DNA of 64,000 nucleotides from an uncultured delta proteobacterium (GCA_963847445.1 CAWJZV010000014.1:32001-96000), one strand, 5' to 3'; shown: positions 10,126-21,161, numbered from the stretch's first letter. Notes: generated by a model from the letters alone, not told the origin. A program made the numbers and translations.

Positions 10126-11355
10126 TCAGCTGTTCCAAAGGCTCGCCATCGGCAGAGCCCACAGTTTGTCGCCGAAGGGGAGCCGTTGCTCCCCGGTGTA
10201 CAGAACAACACCGGTGCGGAAACGCCGTCCCAGTTGATCGCGCAATCCCTGCAACCCGGCGAAATCACCGGAGCTCACCGTCGCGGAGCATTTGACTTCC
10301 ACGCCGGCAACGGTGCCGTCGGTCTTTTCGACGATCAGATCGACCTCCGCACCCGCGGCGGTTCGATAGTGATACAGCGAAACCCGTTCCTCGCTCCAAG
10401 ACGCTTGCTTGAGCAGCTCCGTGGCAACAAAACTCTCGACGATTCTGCCCAACAAAGATGGGTCCTGTTGAAACCGAGCACCGTCGGCGCCCAATAAATG
10501 ACACGCGAGTCCACTATCGGCGACATGAAGCTTGGGGGCTTTGACTAGACGCTTGCCTAAATTGACAGACCACGCCGGCAATCGTTGGATGAGGAACAGC
10601 GCCTCGAGCAACACCAGGTACCGCGTCAACGTTGAGTGCGGCAAGCGTGCATCGCGGCCGATATCGGACATATTGAATAATCCGCTGCTACGCGCCGCGA
10701 GGAGCTGTAAAAGATTCGGCAGCGCGTGCAGCGCATCGACCCGCGCCAGATCGCGCACGTCTCGCTGCAACAATGTCGAAATATAAGATGCGAACCAGGC
10801 TGAGCGCCTTGACGGTTCCCCGCGCTCGAGGGCCTGCGGGTAACCGCCGCGCACCACCCGCTCGACGACAGTCATACCGGGTCCCTTCGGTTTCCCTTTG
10901 CTGATGTCGTCAACAAACAAACGGCGAATGAATGATTCCGATACCCCCACCAGCTCCCCGCAGGAAAATGGGAACAGCGGTACGATCTCCATGCGCCCGG
11001 CGAGAGACTCGGACAGACGCGGCAAAATCATCACATTAGCCGAACCCGTCAAGATAAATCGGCCCGGCCGGCGATTTCGATCGACGGCAAGTTTGATCGC
11101 CGGGAAAAGTTCCGGCGCCTTTTGAATTTCGTCCAACACGACCGGCCCGGTCAAAGCGCGAACGAAACCGGCCGGATCGCTCCGCGCCGACGCCAGCGTC
11201 GCCACATCGTCGAACGTGTAGTACGCCGCATCGCGAGTAGCCGCGAGAGCCTGGACTAGCGTGGTCTTGCCGGTCTGTCGCGCCCCGCTTAGCAACACGA
11301 CTGGGGTATCGGCTAGGGCAGCCTCTAGACGTCTTTGAATATTTCGCCGTATCAT
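10126..11355 (-). CDS. AAA+ ATPase with C-terminal DUF4143/PD-(D/E)xK-like domain
   Basis: GARQTGKT Walker A, LDEIQ Walker B, FILTGSAN, ESLAGR, EVDLIVE...GVEVK. Confidence 0.9.
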   Translation of the reverse strand: MIRRNIQRRLEAALADTPVVLLSGARQTGKTTLVQALAATRDAAYYTFDDVATLASARSDPAGFVRALTGPVVLDEIQKAPELFPAIKLAVDRNRRPGRFILTGSANVMILPRLSESLAGRMEIVPLFPFSCGELVGVSESFIRRLFVDDISKGKPKGPGMTVVERVVRGGYPQALERGEPSRRSAWFASYISTLLQRDVRDLARVDALHALPNLLQLLAARSSGLFNMSDIGRDARLPHSTLTRYLVLLEALFLIQRLPAWSVNLGKRLVKAPKLHVADSGLACHLLGADGARFQQDPSLLGRIVESFVATELLKQASWSEERVSLYHYRTAAGAEVDLIVEKTDGTVAGVEVKCSATVSSGDFAGLQGLRDQLGRRFRTGVVLYTGEQRLPFGDKLWALPMASLWNS

Positions 11356-11425
11356 GGTGACATTTTCCCCACAATCTGGGGAGTTTGCAAGCGACCTCAA
11401 ACCGCTAGAGCAAGCCCATCCTCAT

Positions 11426-11688
11426 GGGCGCGACGAACGCGACCCCGACGGCAAGCTCCATCGCGGCATTTCCCGTCCAACGCCTTCGACTTGATCTCAA
11501 AAAGAAGGCGCCGCCCCGGCGAGATCGACCGCTTTCACTGGTACTGCCCGAAGTGCGACACGTTACTGCACGAAGAGGGATTTGTCGTAAGCGACTAAGC
11601 CGAAGACTCGGTGTCGAAAGCCTACCAGCGATTTATCGAGAGTGTGGAATTCAGAACCTGCAAGCAGTGCGGCGAGGTTATGGCGGCC
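11426..11688 (+). pseudogene. degenerate duplicate of the 3' half of the dioxygenase gene (9719-9980)
   Basis: Long near-identical tracts (e.g. gagagtgtggaattcagaacctgcaagcagtgcggcgagg), in-frame TAA at ~11596, no 5' half. Confidence 0.85.
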
Positions 11689-11733
11689 ATATTGGTTTAT
11701 ACCGAATTGTTGGCGTGTCAGCCTCACCGTTAT

Positions 11734-12013
11734 TCATTTACCGCCGTCGCGTGTTATCGCGCGCACAACTTTGAGCACCGTCGAAAACTCTGGGTTGCCG
11801 TCGGGCGACAAGGCTTTCTAAAGGCTCTCGCGGCCGAGGCCGGTTTTTCTCGCAATGGCGCTCATGTCTTGTGCCCGTGCGATGTCACCCAAAGCAGCGG
11901 CGATCAGCGCTGGATCGCCGTCTTCAAGCGCCGCTTCTTAAGTACGCCGCCATATCCTCTTCCGACTCCAAATATTCCGCCGGGTCCCAACGCTTAGTTT
12001 TAACTTTTGCCAC
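11734..12013 (-). pseudogene. HI1420-family addiction-module antidote (HTH antitoxin), disrupted
   Basis: Manual translation: MAKVKTKRWDPAEYLESEEDMAAYL / AALEDGDPALIAAALGDIARAQDMSAIARKTGLGRESL*KALSPDGNPEFSTVLKVVRA; AGGAG RBS; one frameshift and one TAG. Confidence 0.8.
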
Positions 12014-12153
12014 CGCAATCTCCTAGAATTCCCAGGGCATTATTACTACTCTGTGGATATCGTGGCAATCCGTCCGAACTTTGAACTTTTGAACCTTGAA
12101 CCCTTGAACCGCGTTCAACATTTAACATCCACGGTATGATTGATATTCAAAAA

Positions 12154-13068
12154 TTATTGACGCTGCATCTCCATGATGAAGTCTTTGAGCCCTGCTTCAA
12201 CATCGAACTTCGGCTCATAGCCCAACTCAGCCCGCGCCCGCGAAATATCCAATGCCGGCCGCGGCCGTGAGGAGACTTCGCGCGTAAAGCGCACGTCGCC
12301 GAGAACTTTTTGCAGGCCACGTTGGATATCCCCGATCGTCGCGGCGACGCCGGTGCCGAGATTATAAGCTTGATGCGGCAAGCTTGCCGCGTGAGTGATC
12401 AAGCGCAGGCCGTGGGCGATATCCTTCGCGTAGACGAAATCGTTGGCATCGGCGATTCCCGGCCCCATCGGCGCAGGCTTGCCAGACAGCGCCGCTTGCA
12501 ACATCGCATACATGTCCATGCCGACGTTGCCGCCGCCCGTGTAAGGGCCGTAGCCGTAAACCGATGCGAAACGCGGCAGGGCGAGCTCAAACTTATAAGT
12601 TGCTGCGTAGGCGGTTAGAACTTCCTCGCAAGCCGCCTTGCCGCCTTGATAGACCCGCGCGCCGCCGTCGCGCCGCGCCTCTTCGTGAATCGGCACCGGC
12701 GGATCGGTGAGATCGTAAACCCCTTGGCTGCTGGCGTGAATCAATCGGCGCACACCGGTCAAGCGCACCGCCTCGGCGACATTTAACGTACCGATGAGAT
12801 TCACTTGAAAGCCGAAATACGGTGTCCGGTTACCCTGCAATCCGGCGCTATGAAACACCACTTCGGCGCGCGTGCGCTGCATCGCCTCGATCAGCGCCGG
12901 CAGCTCGCGAATATCGCCGCGAATAATCGGCAGCTCCCGCCCCAAGACTTTTTGCAAGTAAGGCAGATTCGGCTGCAAGTCGAAAAAGGTCACCTCATCG
13001 CCACGCTCGACCAACTCTTTCGCCGTGTAAGCACCAATCAAACCACAACCGGTAATCAACACTCGCAT
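12154..13068 (-). CDS. NAD-dependent epimerase/dehydratase
   Basis: ITGCGLIG, YQGGK (YxxxK), RFASVYG. Confidence 0.9.
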   Translation of the reverse strand: MRVLITGCGLIGAYTAKELVERGDEVTFFDLQPNLPYLQKVLGRELPIIRGDIRELPALIEAMQRTRAEVVFHSAGLQGNRTPYFGFQVNLIGTLNVAEAVRLTGVRRLIHASSQGVYDLTDPPVPIHEEARRDGGARVYQGGKAACEEVLTAYAATYKFELALPRFASVYGYGPYTGGGNVGMDMYAMLQAALSGKPAPMGPGIADANDFVYAKDIAHGLRLITHAASLPHQAYNLGTGVAATIGDIQRGLQKVLGDVRFTREVSSRPRPALDISRARAELGYEPKFDVEAGLKDFIMEMQRQ

Positions 13069-13092
13069 GACTATCCCCTTTCGAAATCTGGG

Positions 13093-13117
13093 AAGGGCGA
13101 CCGCCGGTCGCCCCTAC
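13093..13117 (-). repeat. GTAG-type REP
   Basis: GTAGGGGCGACCGGCGGTCGCCCT on the minus strand. Confidence 0.7.
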
Positions 13118-13177
13118 GTTGAACCGGTCTGTCCGAAACGTTTGAACCTTTGAACGGCTTGAACGTTTTGAACTGGT

Positions 13178-14164
13178 TCAGATGTTCAATTCTTTAGATC
13201 GATCATACTCATGCCGTCCGCCCGCAGCCGCGCCCAGCGGAAAGATCCGCTCGATCTGCGCCAACTCTTCCACGGTCAACGAAATGTCCGCCGCCGCCGC
13301 GTTAGCTTCAAGATTGGCGATCTTATACGTGCCGGGAATCGGCACGAAGAAATCGCCCTGATGAAGAATCCACGCCAGCGCCAACTGCGCCGCCGTGCAT
13401 TTCTTCACGCTCGCTATCGCTTCCAGTTGTTTGAGCAGACTCGCGTTGTGTTGAAAATTCCCGGCGTGGAAGCGCGGCCCGCGCCGCTTGGCTTCCTTCT
13501 CACCGAGCTCGGCGAAGTCGTTCCACTTGCCGCTCAAGAATCCTCGTCCCAACGCATAGTAGGCGACATAACCGATGCCCAATTCGCGGCAAACCGGAAT
13601 GGTGTTGCTTTCGTAATCGCGCGTCCACAGGGAATATTCGCTCTGCACCGCCGTGATCGGATGCACCGCATTGGCGCGCCGCAGGGTTTCGGGTCCGGCC
13701 TCGCTCAAGCCGAGCTGGCGCACTTTGCCTTGCTCGACCAGCCGCCTCATCGCGCCGACGGTATCTTCAATCGGCACTTTCGGATCGACGCGATGAAGAT
13801 AATACAAATCGAGGTAGTCGGTTTGCAGCCGGCGCAACGAGTTGTCGCACGCCCACGCCACATACTCCGGCTTGCCTTCGACTTCTCTGCCTTCCGCCCA
13901 AGGCTGGCCGCGCAGATTGCCGAATTTGCTGGTCAGCACAACCGAGCCGCGCCGGCCCTTCAACACCTTGGCGAGGATCTCTTCATTGTTGCCGTTGTTG
14001 TGATCGGCGGTGTCAATGAAGTTCATGCCGATTTCGATGGCGCGATCGAGCACGGCGATCGCCTGGCGCTCGTCGGCGTCGCTCAGCTTGCCTTGAAACG
14101 GCGGACAGCCATAGCCGATGGCGGAAACTTTCAAACGATTCTTGCCGAGATAACGGTATTGCAT
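13178..14164 (-). CDS. aldo/keto reductase
   Basis: IGYGC, FIDTAD, SLRRLQTDYLDLYYLHR, GLSE, QSEYSL, PIPGT. Confidence 0.92.
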   Translation of the reverse strand: MQYRYLGKNRLKVSAIGYGCPPFQGKLSDADERQAIAVLDRAIEIGMNFIDTADHNNGNNEEILAKVLKGRRGSVVLTSKFGNLRGQPWAEGREVEGKPEYVAWACDNSLRRLQTDYLDLYYLHRVDPKVPIEDTVGAMRRLVEQGKVRQLGLSEAGPETLRRANAVHPITAVQSEYSLWTRDYESNTIPVCRELGIGYVAYYALGRGFLSGKWNDFAELGEKEAKRRGPRFHAGNFQHNASLLKQLEAIASVKKCTAAQLALAWILHQGDFFVPIPGTYKIANLEANAAAADISLTVEELAQIERIFPLGAAAGGRHEYDRSKELNI

Positions 14165-14286
14165 GTGAGAGAACCTCCGAGCCGAGATAATGGTCCACAA
14201 GGATGTGAAAATTCAAGTTGCAACAACGCGATTTTCTGCTATCTATCGCGCAGCGCTGTATCCCACTCGGCGCCAGGGGAGGCCGG

Positions 14287-15309
14287 ATGAAGAACAAATC
14301 ATTACTGTGCTCATTGCTGTTGTCGTTCGGACTTTCGTTTACCGCCCAAGCCAAGGCACAAGAATCTTTCTTCAAAGGTAAAACCATCCGCGTCGTCGTT
14401 GGCGGCTCCGCTGGCGGCGGCTACGACACCTACACCCGGGTGATCTCGCGCCATATGGGCAAACATATCCCCGGCAATCCGACGTTCGTCGTCGACAACA
14501 TGCCCGGCGCCGGCAGCATCATCGCGGCCAACCATGTTTACAAGGTTTCCCGCCCCGACGGCCTCACCATGTGCCATCCGGTCGGCGGTATCATTTTGCA
14601 GAATGTATTGGGCAAAGCCGGTATCGAGTTCGACTCGCGGAAGTTTCACTACGTCGGCGCGCCGGCCCAAGACACTCTGTCGGTTGGCGTGGTCAAATCA
14701 GCCGGCATCGCCAGCATGGAGCAGTGGATCGCCAACAAGACGCCGGTCAAGTTCGGCGGCATCGGCCCCGGCACCGGCACCGACGATGTCGCCAAAGTGT
14801 TGCGCTACGCACTCGGCCTGCCGATTCAATTGGTCACCGGTTACAAAGGCACCGCAGACATCCGGCTGGCCGTGCAAAGCGGCGAGATGCAGGGGGTGGT
14901 GAATTCCTGGGAGTCGTTCAAATCGACCTGGTCCAAAGAGATCGAGACCGGATCAGTGAACGTCCTCCTCGTCACCATCCCCAAGCGCCATCCCGAACTC
15001 CCCAACGTGCCGTCCATCAGTGAGTATGTGAAGGCTGACGAAGCAAAGAAGATCGTCCAGGTCGCGGTTTACGATTACGGCGCCACCGCGCGGCCATACT
15101 TGCTGCCGCCTAACACTCCGAAAGAGCGCGTACAAATCCTGCGCAAGGCCTTGGCCGCGACGTTCAAAGATCCCGATTTCTTAGCCGACGCCCAGCGCGC
15201 CCGCCTGGATCTGAACCCGCTTAGCGGCGACGAGATGCAGGAGGCTGTCGAGCGTTTGTGGAAACTCGACAAACCGTTGGTGGAGAAGCTGAAGGAGATA
15301 CTGAAATAA
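14287..15309 (+). CDS. tripartite tricarboxylate transporter substrate-binding protein (Bug/TctC family)
   Basis: AGGGYD, NMPGAGS, PDGLT, GYKG, LPNVP motifs; signal peptide. Confidence 0.9.
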   Translation: MKNKSLLCSLLLSFGLSFTAQAKAQESFFKGKTIRVVVGGSAGGGYDTYTRVISRHMGKHIPGNPTFVVDNMPGAGSIIAANHVYKVSRPDGLTMCHPVGGIILQNVLGKAGIEFDSRKFHYVGAPAQDTLSVGVVKSAGIASMEQWIANKTPVKFGGIGPGTGTDDVAKVLRYALGLPIQLVTGYKGTADIRLAVQSGEMQGVVNSWESFKSTWSKEIETGSVNVLLVTIPKRHPELPNVPSISEYVKADEAKKIVQVAVYDYGATARPYLLPPNTPKERVQILRKALAATFKDPDFLADAQRARLDLNPLSGDEMQEAVERLWKLDKPLVEKLKEILK

Positions 15310-15330
15310 ATCGTCAGTCCGGTTACCTCC

Positions 15331-15966
15331 ATGTCCGATGGCTTCTTGAAATCGCTCACCGACAAAATCGCCCCGGCCCACACCGCCCTGCTGGTCGTCG
15401 ACGTCCAGAATGATTTTTGCCACGAAGACGGCTACGTCGCCAAGCAAGGGCTGAGCGTCGCGCCCGCCCAGGCGATCGTTGCCAATCTCACTCGTCTGAT
15501 CGCCGCCGCGCGCGAAACGAACGTCCCGGTGATCTTCGTGCAAGCGATTTACGACGACAAGTATCTCGCCGGACCATTCCTTGAGCACTTCAGCAAGGCC
15601 CGCGTGGCGCTGGCCCGCTGCGCCGAAGGCACTTGGGGCGCCGATTTTTACGGCGTCAAGCCGCTAGCAAGTGACCTGAGAATCGTCAAGTACCGTTACA
15701 GCCCGTTCGTCGGCACCGACATCGACGCGCTATTGAAGGAACGCAGCGTCAAGACACTGGTCATCACCGGCGTCACCACCAACGTCTGCGTTGAGTGCAC
15801 CGCCCGCGACGGCTTCATGCGCGACTACTACATCGTCCTGCCGTCGGACTGCGCCGCCAGCTACGACCGCGACTCCCACGACGCCGCGGTGAAAAACATC
15901 GCCCGCCACTTCGGCATGGTAACAGAGTCGAATGAGGTTATTCGTCTGTGGCACCGAGCAAAATGA
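15331..15966 (+). CDS. cysteine hydrolase (isochorismatase family)
   Basis: ALLVVDVQNDF, KYRYSPF, GVTTNVCVECTARD. Confidence 0.92.
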   Translation: MSDGFLKSLTDKIAPAHTALLVVDVQNDFCHEDGYVAKQGLSVAPAQAIVANLTRLIAAARETNVPVIFVQAIYDDKYLAGPFLEHFSKARVALARCAEGTWGADFYGVKPLASDLRIVKYRYSPFVGTDIDALLKERSVKTLVITGVTTNVCVECTARDGFMRDYYIVLPSDCAASYDRDSHDAAVKNIARHFGMVTESNEVIRLWHRAK

Positions 15967-16026
15967 TCGGTGGCAATCTTACCCCCCTCGCCCATTCCTG
16001 GGATGGTAGGGCACGCAATTAAATCA

Positions 16027-16061
16027 CCCCTCATCCTAACCTTCTCCCACAAGGGGAGAAG
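16027..16061. repeat. CCCTCAtCC...TCTCCC-N-GGGAGA REP-like element
   Basis: cccctcatcctaaccttctcccacaaggggagaagg hairpin. Confidence 0.55.
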
Positions 16062-16234
16062 GAACGAAAATCTCGATTTTGAATTTGGCGCCTTCTCTTT
16101 TGTTTGGGACATGCTTTGAGAGATAACCCGTTTCCCCGGGAGAGCCACGACGAATCACATTGCGCCGAACTGCGAAAGTTTGTTAATACTCGCTCGAGAC
16201 TCTTGATATTGAACTCTGCGGGAGTAACAACCCC

Positions 16235-16957
16235 ATGCCCCAAGATAACGAACATCGCGGCCGCGTCGCCGTCATCACCGGAGGCAGCGGCGGTATCGGT
16301 GGCGCGATCGCGACACGTTTAACCGCCGAAGGCGCCATCGTCCATATCCTCGATGTAAAATCAGGCGCTGACAATTTGCGCTTTCATGCCGTCGATGTCG
16401 GCGACGAAGCTTCAGTCAATCGAATATTCGACGCCATCGGCGCCGAGCATGGCGCCATCGATTATTTGATCTGCTGCGCCGGCATCTACCGGCCGCAACC
16501 CTTTCTCGAACTCAGCCTCGACGCTTGGCGCCAGACGCTGCAAATTAATTTAACCGGCATGTTTCTCTGCTGCCGCGCCGCGCTCAAATACATGATGCCG
16601 CGCCAGTTCGGCCGCGTCGTTCTCTTCTCCTCCATGGCCGCGCGCACCGGCGGCAAGAATGTCGCCCACTACGCCGCGTCCAAAGGCGGCATACTCGGCC
16701 TCGCCCGCGCCCTCGCCGTCGAAGCCGCCGCCGACAACATCCGCGTCAACGCGATCTCGCCGGTGATCACCGATACCGCGATGCCGCGCGCCGTGGTGTC
16801 GGACGAATACATGCAGTCGCGCAAGAACCATATCCCGCTCGGCCGCATCGGCGACGTCCAGGACATGGTCGAAGCCTGTTTATTTTTATTGAGCGATGAC
16901 AGCTCCTACATCGTCGGCCAAGATCTGCGCGTCAACGGAGGGTCGACTTTATGGTGA
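16235..16957 (+). CDS. SDR family oxidoreductase
   Basis: TGGSGGIG, YAASK, IRVNAISP, VNGG. Confidence 0.92.
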   Translation: MPQDNEHRGRVAVITGGSGGIGGAIATRLTAEGAIVHILDVKSGADNLRFHAVDVGDEASVNRIFDAIGAEHGAIDYLICCAGIYRPQPFLELSLDAWRQTLQINLTGMFLCCRAALKYMMPRQFGRVVLFSSMAARTGGKNVAHYAASKGGILGLARALAVEAAADNIRVNAISPVITDTAMPRAVVSDEYMQSRKNHIPLGRIGDVQDMVEACLFLLSDDSSYIVGQDLRVNGGSTLW

Positions 16958-17709
16958 TGCCCAACTCGCGCGTCACCGTCATCACCGGCGGCGGCAGCGG
17001 CATGGGACGGGCGACCGCACTGCGGTTGGCGCGCAATGGCGATCAAGTCTGCATTTGCGATCTGAATGCCGACGCGGTCAACGCCACGGCCGAGCTGATT
17101 CGCGCCGAGGCGGGCAGTGTATTTAGCGGCGTTGTCGACGTGCGCGAGCAAGCGCAAGTCATCGCGTGGATTGCCCAGGTGATTGAGAAATACGGCCAGA
17201 TCGATTGCCTGTTCAGCAACGCCGGCGTCAACGCCCGCGCCAAGGTCGCCAACATGACGCTGGCACAGTGGTCGCTGCTCATCGACACCCATGTCACCGG
17301 GACTTTCAATTTCTGCCAAGCGGTGCTGCGCCACATGGTGCCGAGACAAGCCGGCGCCATCGTCATCACCTCTTCGGATTTCGCCATTATTGGCGTGGCT
17401 AATGCCGCCAACTACTGCGCCGCCAAGACCGCGCTTTATTCGTTAACCAAATCGCTGGCGCTGGAATTCGCGCCGCATATTCGCGTCAACGCCATCGGCC
17501 CCGGCCCCATCGACACGCCGCTCTTGCGCGCCAATCGCACCCAAGAAGAGTTCGAAACCGCCCGGCGCACATTCGAGGGTCGCTTGCCGATAAAAAGATT
17601 AGGTCAACCGGAGGAAGTCGCCGCCGTGGTGGATTTCCTGCTCAGCGACCGCGCGTCGTTTATCACCGGCCAATTGCTCCAACCCAACGGCGGCCAAGTG
17701 ATGTGGTAA
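16957..17709 (+). CDS. SDR family oxidoreductase
   Basis: TGGGSGMG, SNAG, YCAAK, IRVNAIGPG; start overlaps the previous stop. Confidence 0.92.
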   Translation: MPNSRVTVITGGGSGMGRATALRLARNGDQVCICDLNADAVNATAELIRAEAGSVFSGVVDVREQAQVIAWIAQVIEKYGQIDCLFSNAGVNARAKVANMTLAQWSLLIDTHVTGTFNFCQAVLRHMVPRQAGAIVITSSDFAIIGVANAANYCAAKTALYSLTKSLALEFAPHIRVNAIGPGPIDTPLLRANRTQEEFETARRTFEGRLPIKRLGQPEEVAAVVDFLLSDRASFITGQLLQPNGGQVMW

Positions 17710-17853
17710 GGAAGAGGGCGGAGGTCGACCACCGGTCGCCCCTACGACTCGCGAATCTATTTTGACGTCTTTTGCGTTCTTTGCGGCCACATTCTCCGAA
17801 TCCGAATTTTCTATGTGATCTTTGTGCCCTTTGTGGTTAATCATCCGACATCT

Positions 17854-19322
17854 TTACTTCAGCAGATAGCCGAACATCTCTCTCGCCTTGCGCACCACTT
17901 CCTGGCCCGGCGCGTTCACCTTGGGGAACTTGTCGCCCCACTCGAAGGGGCGGGTGGCGTCGATGATCATGCGCGAATTGGTAAAGTCGCGGATCTTTCT
18001 CTGGTCCGGCGTCAAGCGCGGATCGGCGGGCGTGCTGCGCATGCGCTTGACGATCTCGACGGAAGTTTCCGGATCGTAGCGCGACAAGGTCGCCCACATG
18101 AGCTGGTCGAAATTGGACACATCGATATCGTCGTCGACGACGATGACCATCTTCAAGCCGTAGACGCTGGAGCCGCAGCTCGACGCCAGGGTCGCCACTT
18201 GTTTGGCGTGGCCGGGATAGCGCTGCTTGATCGCCAGCGCCACCAGCATGCGCGACGCGCCGATCTCGTGCGGCCACACTTGCGTCACATCGGGGACGCC
18301 GGCGCTGCGCAGTTCGTTCTTGAGCATCGCCGAGCGCATGATCGCGCGGTAGCGCGCCATCTCGTCCGAGCCGCCGCCGATGGGCGGCACGCCGAGAATG
18401 ATCGGATCGTTGCGGTGATAGATCGCCTCGATTTCGAGCACCGGCTGCGCGCTCTCGTCCGAAGCGTAGTAGCCGGTCCACTCGCCGAAGGGCCCTTCGA
18501 ACTTGCGGTTGTCGTTATTGAGAAAGCCTTCGAAAACGATTTCCGAGTTGGCCGGAAACGGCAGACCGGTGATCTTGCCGCGCACCACTTCCACCGGCTT
18601 GCGGCGCATGCCGCCGACCACGTCGTACTCGCACACGCCGTAGGGATGTTCGGTGCCGGCCATGAAGAAAAACAGCGGATCGCCGCCCAACACCAGCGCG
18701 ATCGGCATGCGCTCGCCTTTGCGAAAATATTTCTGCCGGTGCATGTAGCCATGCTTGCCCGGGCACCATGAGCAAGCTGACGGTTTTCTTGTCTTGAATC
18801 ATCGCGCGGTAGCAGCCGGCGTTGATCCATTTCTCGTCCGGGTCCATGGTCACGGAATAACAGCCGGTGCCGATGTAGCGGCCGCCGTCGTCGCGATGCC
18901 ATACCGGCGTCGGGAATTTTTCGATATCGATGTCGTCTTTCTTGACGATGTTCTCGAACACCGGCCCGTTGTCGACAAACACCGGCGCCAGATGCTTCGC
19001 GTTGGTTTGATAGTGCGCGAAGTAAGCGTCGCTCAACTCTTGCTTGGTCAAGCCCTGGGGAAAACCGAAAGTCATGGCGCGCCGCTTGCCGGCAAAGGCA
19101 GTTGACGATCACGCGAAAGCCCTGCGGGCAGCCCGGCACATCGTCAAAGATCACCGCCGGCCCGTCGTCGGGCGGCACCACCACGTCGGTCGCCAACCCG
19201 ATCTCCTCCTGCCACGACGCGCCGCGCACGGTTTTGAGTTCGCCCAACTTCTCCGCCTCCGCCATCCACTCGCGCAGGTCGGTAAAAGCGATATGCGGTT
19301 GAATCTTTGAACTGTCGAACAT
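17854..19322 (-). CDS. UbiD family (prFMN-dependent) decarboxylase (two frameshifts)
   Basis: DLREW..AEKLGEL, DGGRYIGT, INAGCYR, EGPFGEWTGYY, VVDDDID, MIIDATRP. Confidence 0.9.
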
Positions 19323-19452
19323 GGTCACCCCCGGGATCAGTGCAACGTCTTAGTCGTACCATATCGCCAAGAATCGTGTGTACTGTCAACTCCAAGGATC
19401 CGCCGCTGCAAAGGATCTTGCCTCTGAACCAAGGCCGTGCAAAGTTAACCCT

Positions 19453-20073
19453 ATGAAGATGGCAAATGATTTGCCGATATCGCGGCGCGGATTTCTGACC
19501 GCATCTCTAGTCGTGTCCGACGTCTTATTTAATCGGCTAGCGGGCAGCCTGGATGCCGTGGCGGCAACGGTCGGGATGGAGCCAACGCCGGCTTGCGCCG
19601 ATACCGACGACATCACGCCGCCGCAAACCGCGGGACCTTTCTACAAGCCGCGCTCGCCGGAACGAAAATCATTGCTTGAACCGGGCATCCAAGGGAGCAA
19701 AATCATTCTTGCAGGCACTGTTCGCTCGACCAAGTGCAAGCCGGTTCAAGGCGCCCTCGTTGACTTTTGGCAAGCCGACGGGAGCGGAGCGTACGACAAC
19801 GCCGGTTACAGGCTGCGCGGCCACCAGTTTGCCGACGGAGCCGGCAGATACCGCCTCGAGACCGTCGTGCCGGGCGTCTATCCCGGACGCACGCGTCATT
19901 TCCACGTGCGAGTCCAGGCGCCCAATCGCCCGGCTCTCACCACGCAACTCTACTTTCCCGGCGAGCCGGAAAACAAAAGAGACTTCATCTTCAATGCCAA
20001 ACTCGTCGTCGCCCTCGGCGGCTCAGCCGGCGCCAAGACCGCCAACTTCGACTTCGTATTGGATCTCGGCTAG
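19453..20073 (+). CDS. intradiol ring-cleavage dioxygenase family protein with Tat signal
   Basis: SRRGFL Tat motif, GPFYKP, VDFWQAD, PGVYPGRTRHFH, TTQLYF. Confidence 0.88.
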   Translation: MKMANDLPISRRGFLTASLVVSDVLFNRLAGSLDAVAATVGMEPTPACADTDDITPPQTAGPFYKPRSPERKSLLEPGIQGSKIILAGTVRSTKCKPVQGALVDFWQADGSGAYDNAGYRLRGHQFADGAGRYRLETVVPGVYPGRTRHFHVRVQAPNRPALTTQLYFPGEPENKRDFIFNAKLVVALGGSAGAKTANFDFVLDLG

Positions 20074-20332
20074 AGCGTAATTAGCGATCAAGAAGAATCA
20101 ATCGAGCACCGACGTTTCTATAAACAAGACACCTCAGTCCGTGTTGGATGACGCAGGGTCGCGGCTGCTGGCGCTGCGCGCCGCAGCTGATGCTGGGCGT
20201 TGACCTCACCAAAGTGCCTTTAGATAACTCCCACTTTCAAACATCGGCCCGCACAATCAAAAATATTCCGCTCAAAAGCTATTGCAAGCAATCGCGATTC
20301 TGTTCACATTCCGCATTCGTCTCGAACGAATC

Positions 20333-21161
20333 TTAATGTCGATCCACCCATTCCCGGATGATCCGATTGGTCTCCTCCGGCTTGTGCCAGAAGAAGCCGT
20401 GACCGCAGCCGTCGATGACTTTCATCTCGGCGCCTTTGATGTTGTCGCGCAGGTGTTCGGTCGTGACCACATGGTTGCCGGTGTCGGCGTCGACTTTGTC
20501 CTCGCTGCCGACGATACACAGCGTCGGGGTGATAATTTTTGACAAGTATTCGCCGGTCTCATGGCGGTTGCGCGCGATCACATGCTCCAAGTAGGGCTCG
20601 ATTTTTGGCGCATTATCCCAAAAGGTTTTGAATAGCTCGGTCAGCACTTCCGGATGGGCTTTGACGAACGCCTCGGGGAAAAAGAACTTGCTCTGGAAGT
20701 GATGCCACATATGCTCTTTGTAGCCGCGCGTGATCAAACTCTCGGTGGCATTGACGGTCAAGCCGCGCGGATAGTCGGGCAAGTCCCATGGAACCCGAAC
20801 CGGACGCCGCCTGGATCATGCTGCGCACCCGTGTCGGATGATCGATGGCCATCCACTGGCACACCCGCCCGCCCATGGAGTGGCCGATGATATGCGCTGG
20901 CTCGCTGACGCCGATAGCGTCGAACAAATTGATCGCGTCCTGGGCAAACTGCCGGGTCGAGTACGGCCCCTTGGGTGCATCGGATTTGCCGACGCCGCGA
21001 TGATCGTAGACGATCACCCGGTAGCGATCGGCGAGCGCCGCCACCTGCTGCAACTTCCACGGCGCCCCCGGCCAGCCGGTGCCCGAGACGAATAGAAACG
21101 GCACGCCGCTGCCGAAGGATTCGTAGTGCAGTTTTACATCGCCTGCTTGTGCGTAGGGCAT
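20333..21161 (-). CDS. alpha/beta hydrolase (frameshift near 20785)
   Basis: YDHRGVGKSD, GHSMGG, CGHGFFWHKPE. Confidence 0.87.
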
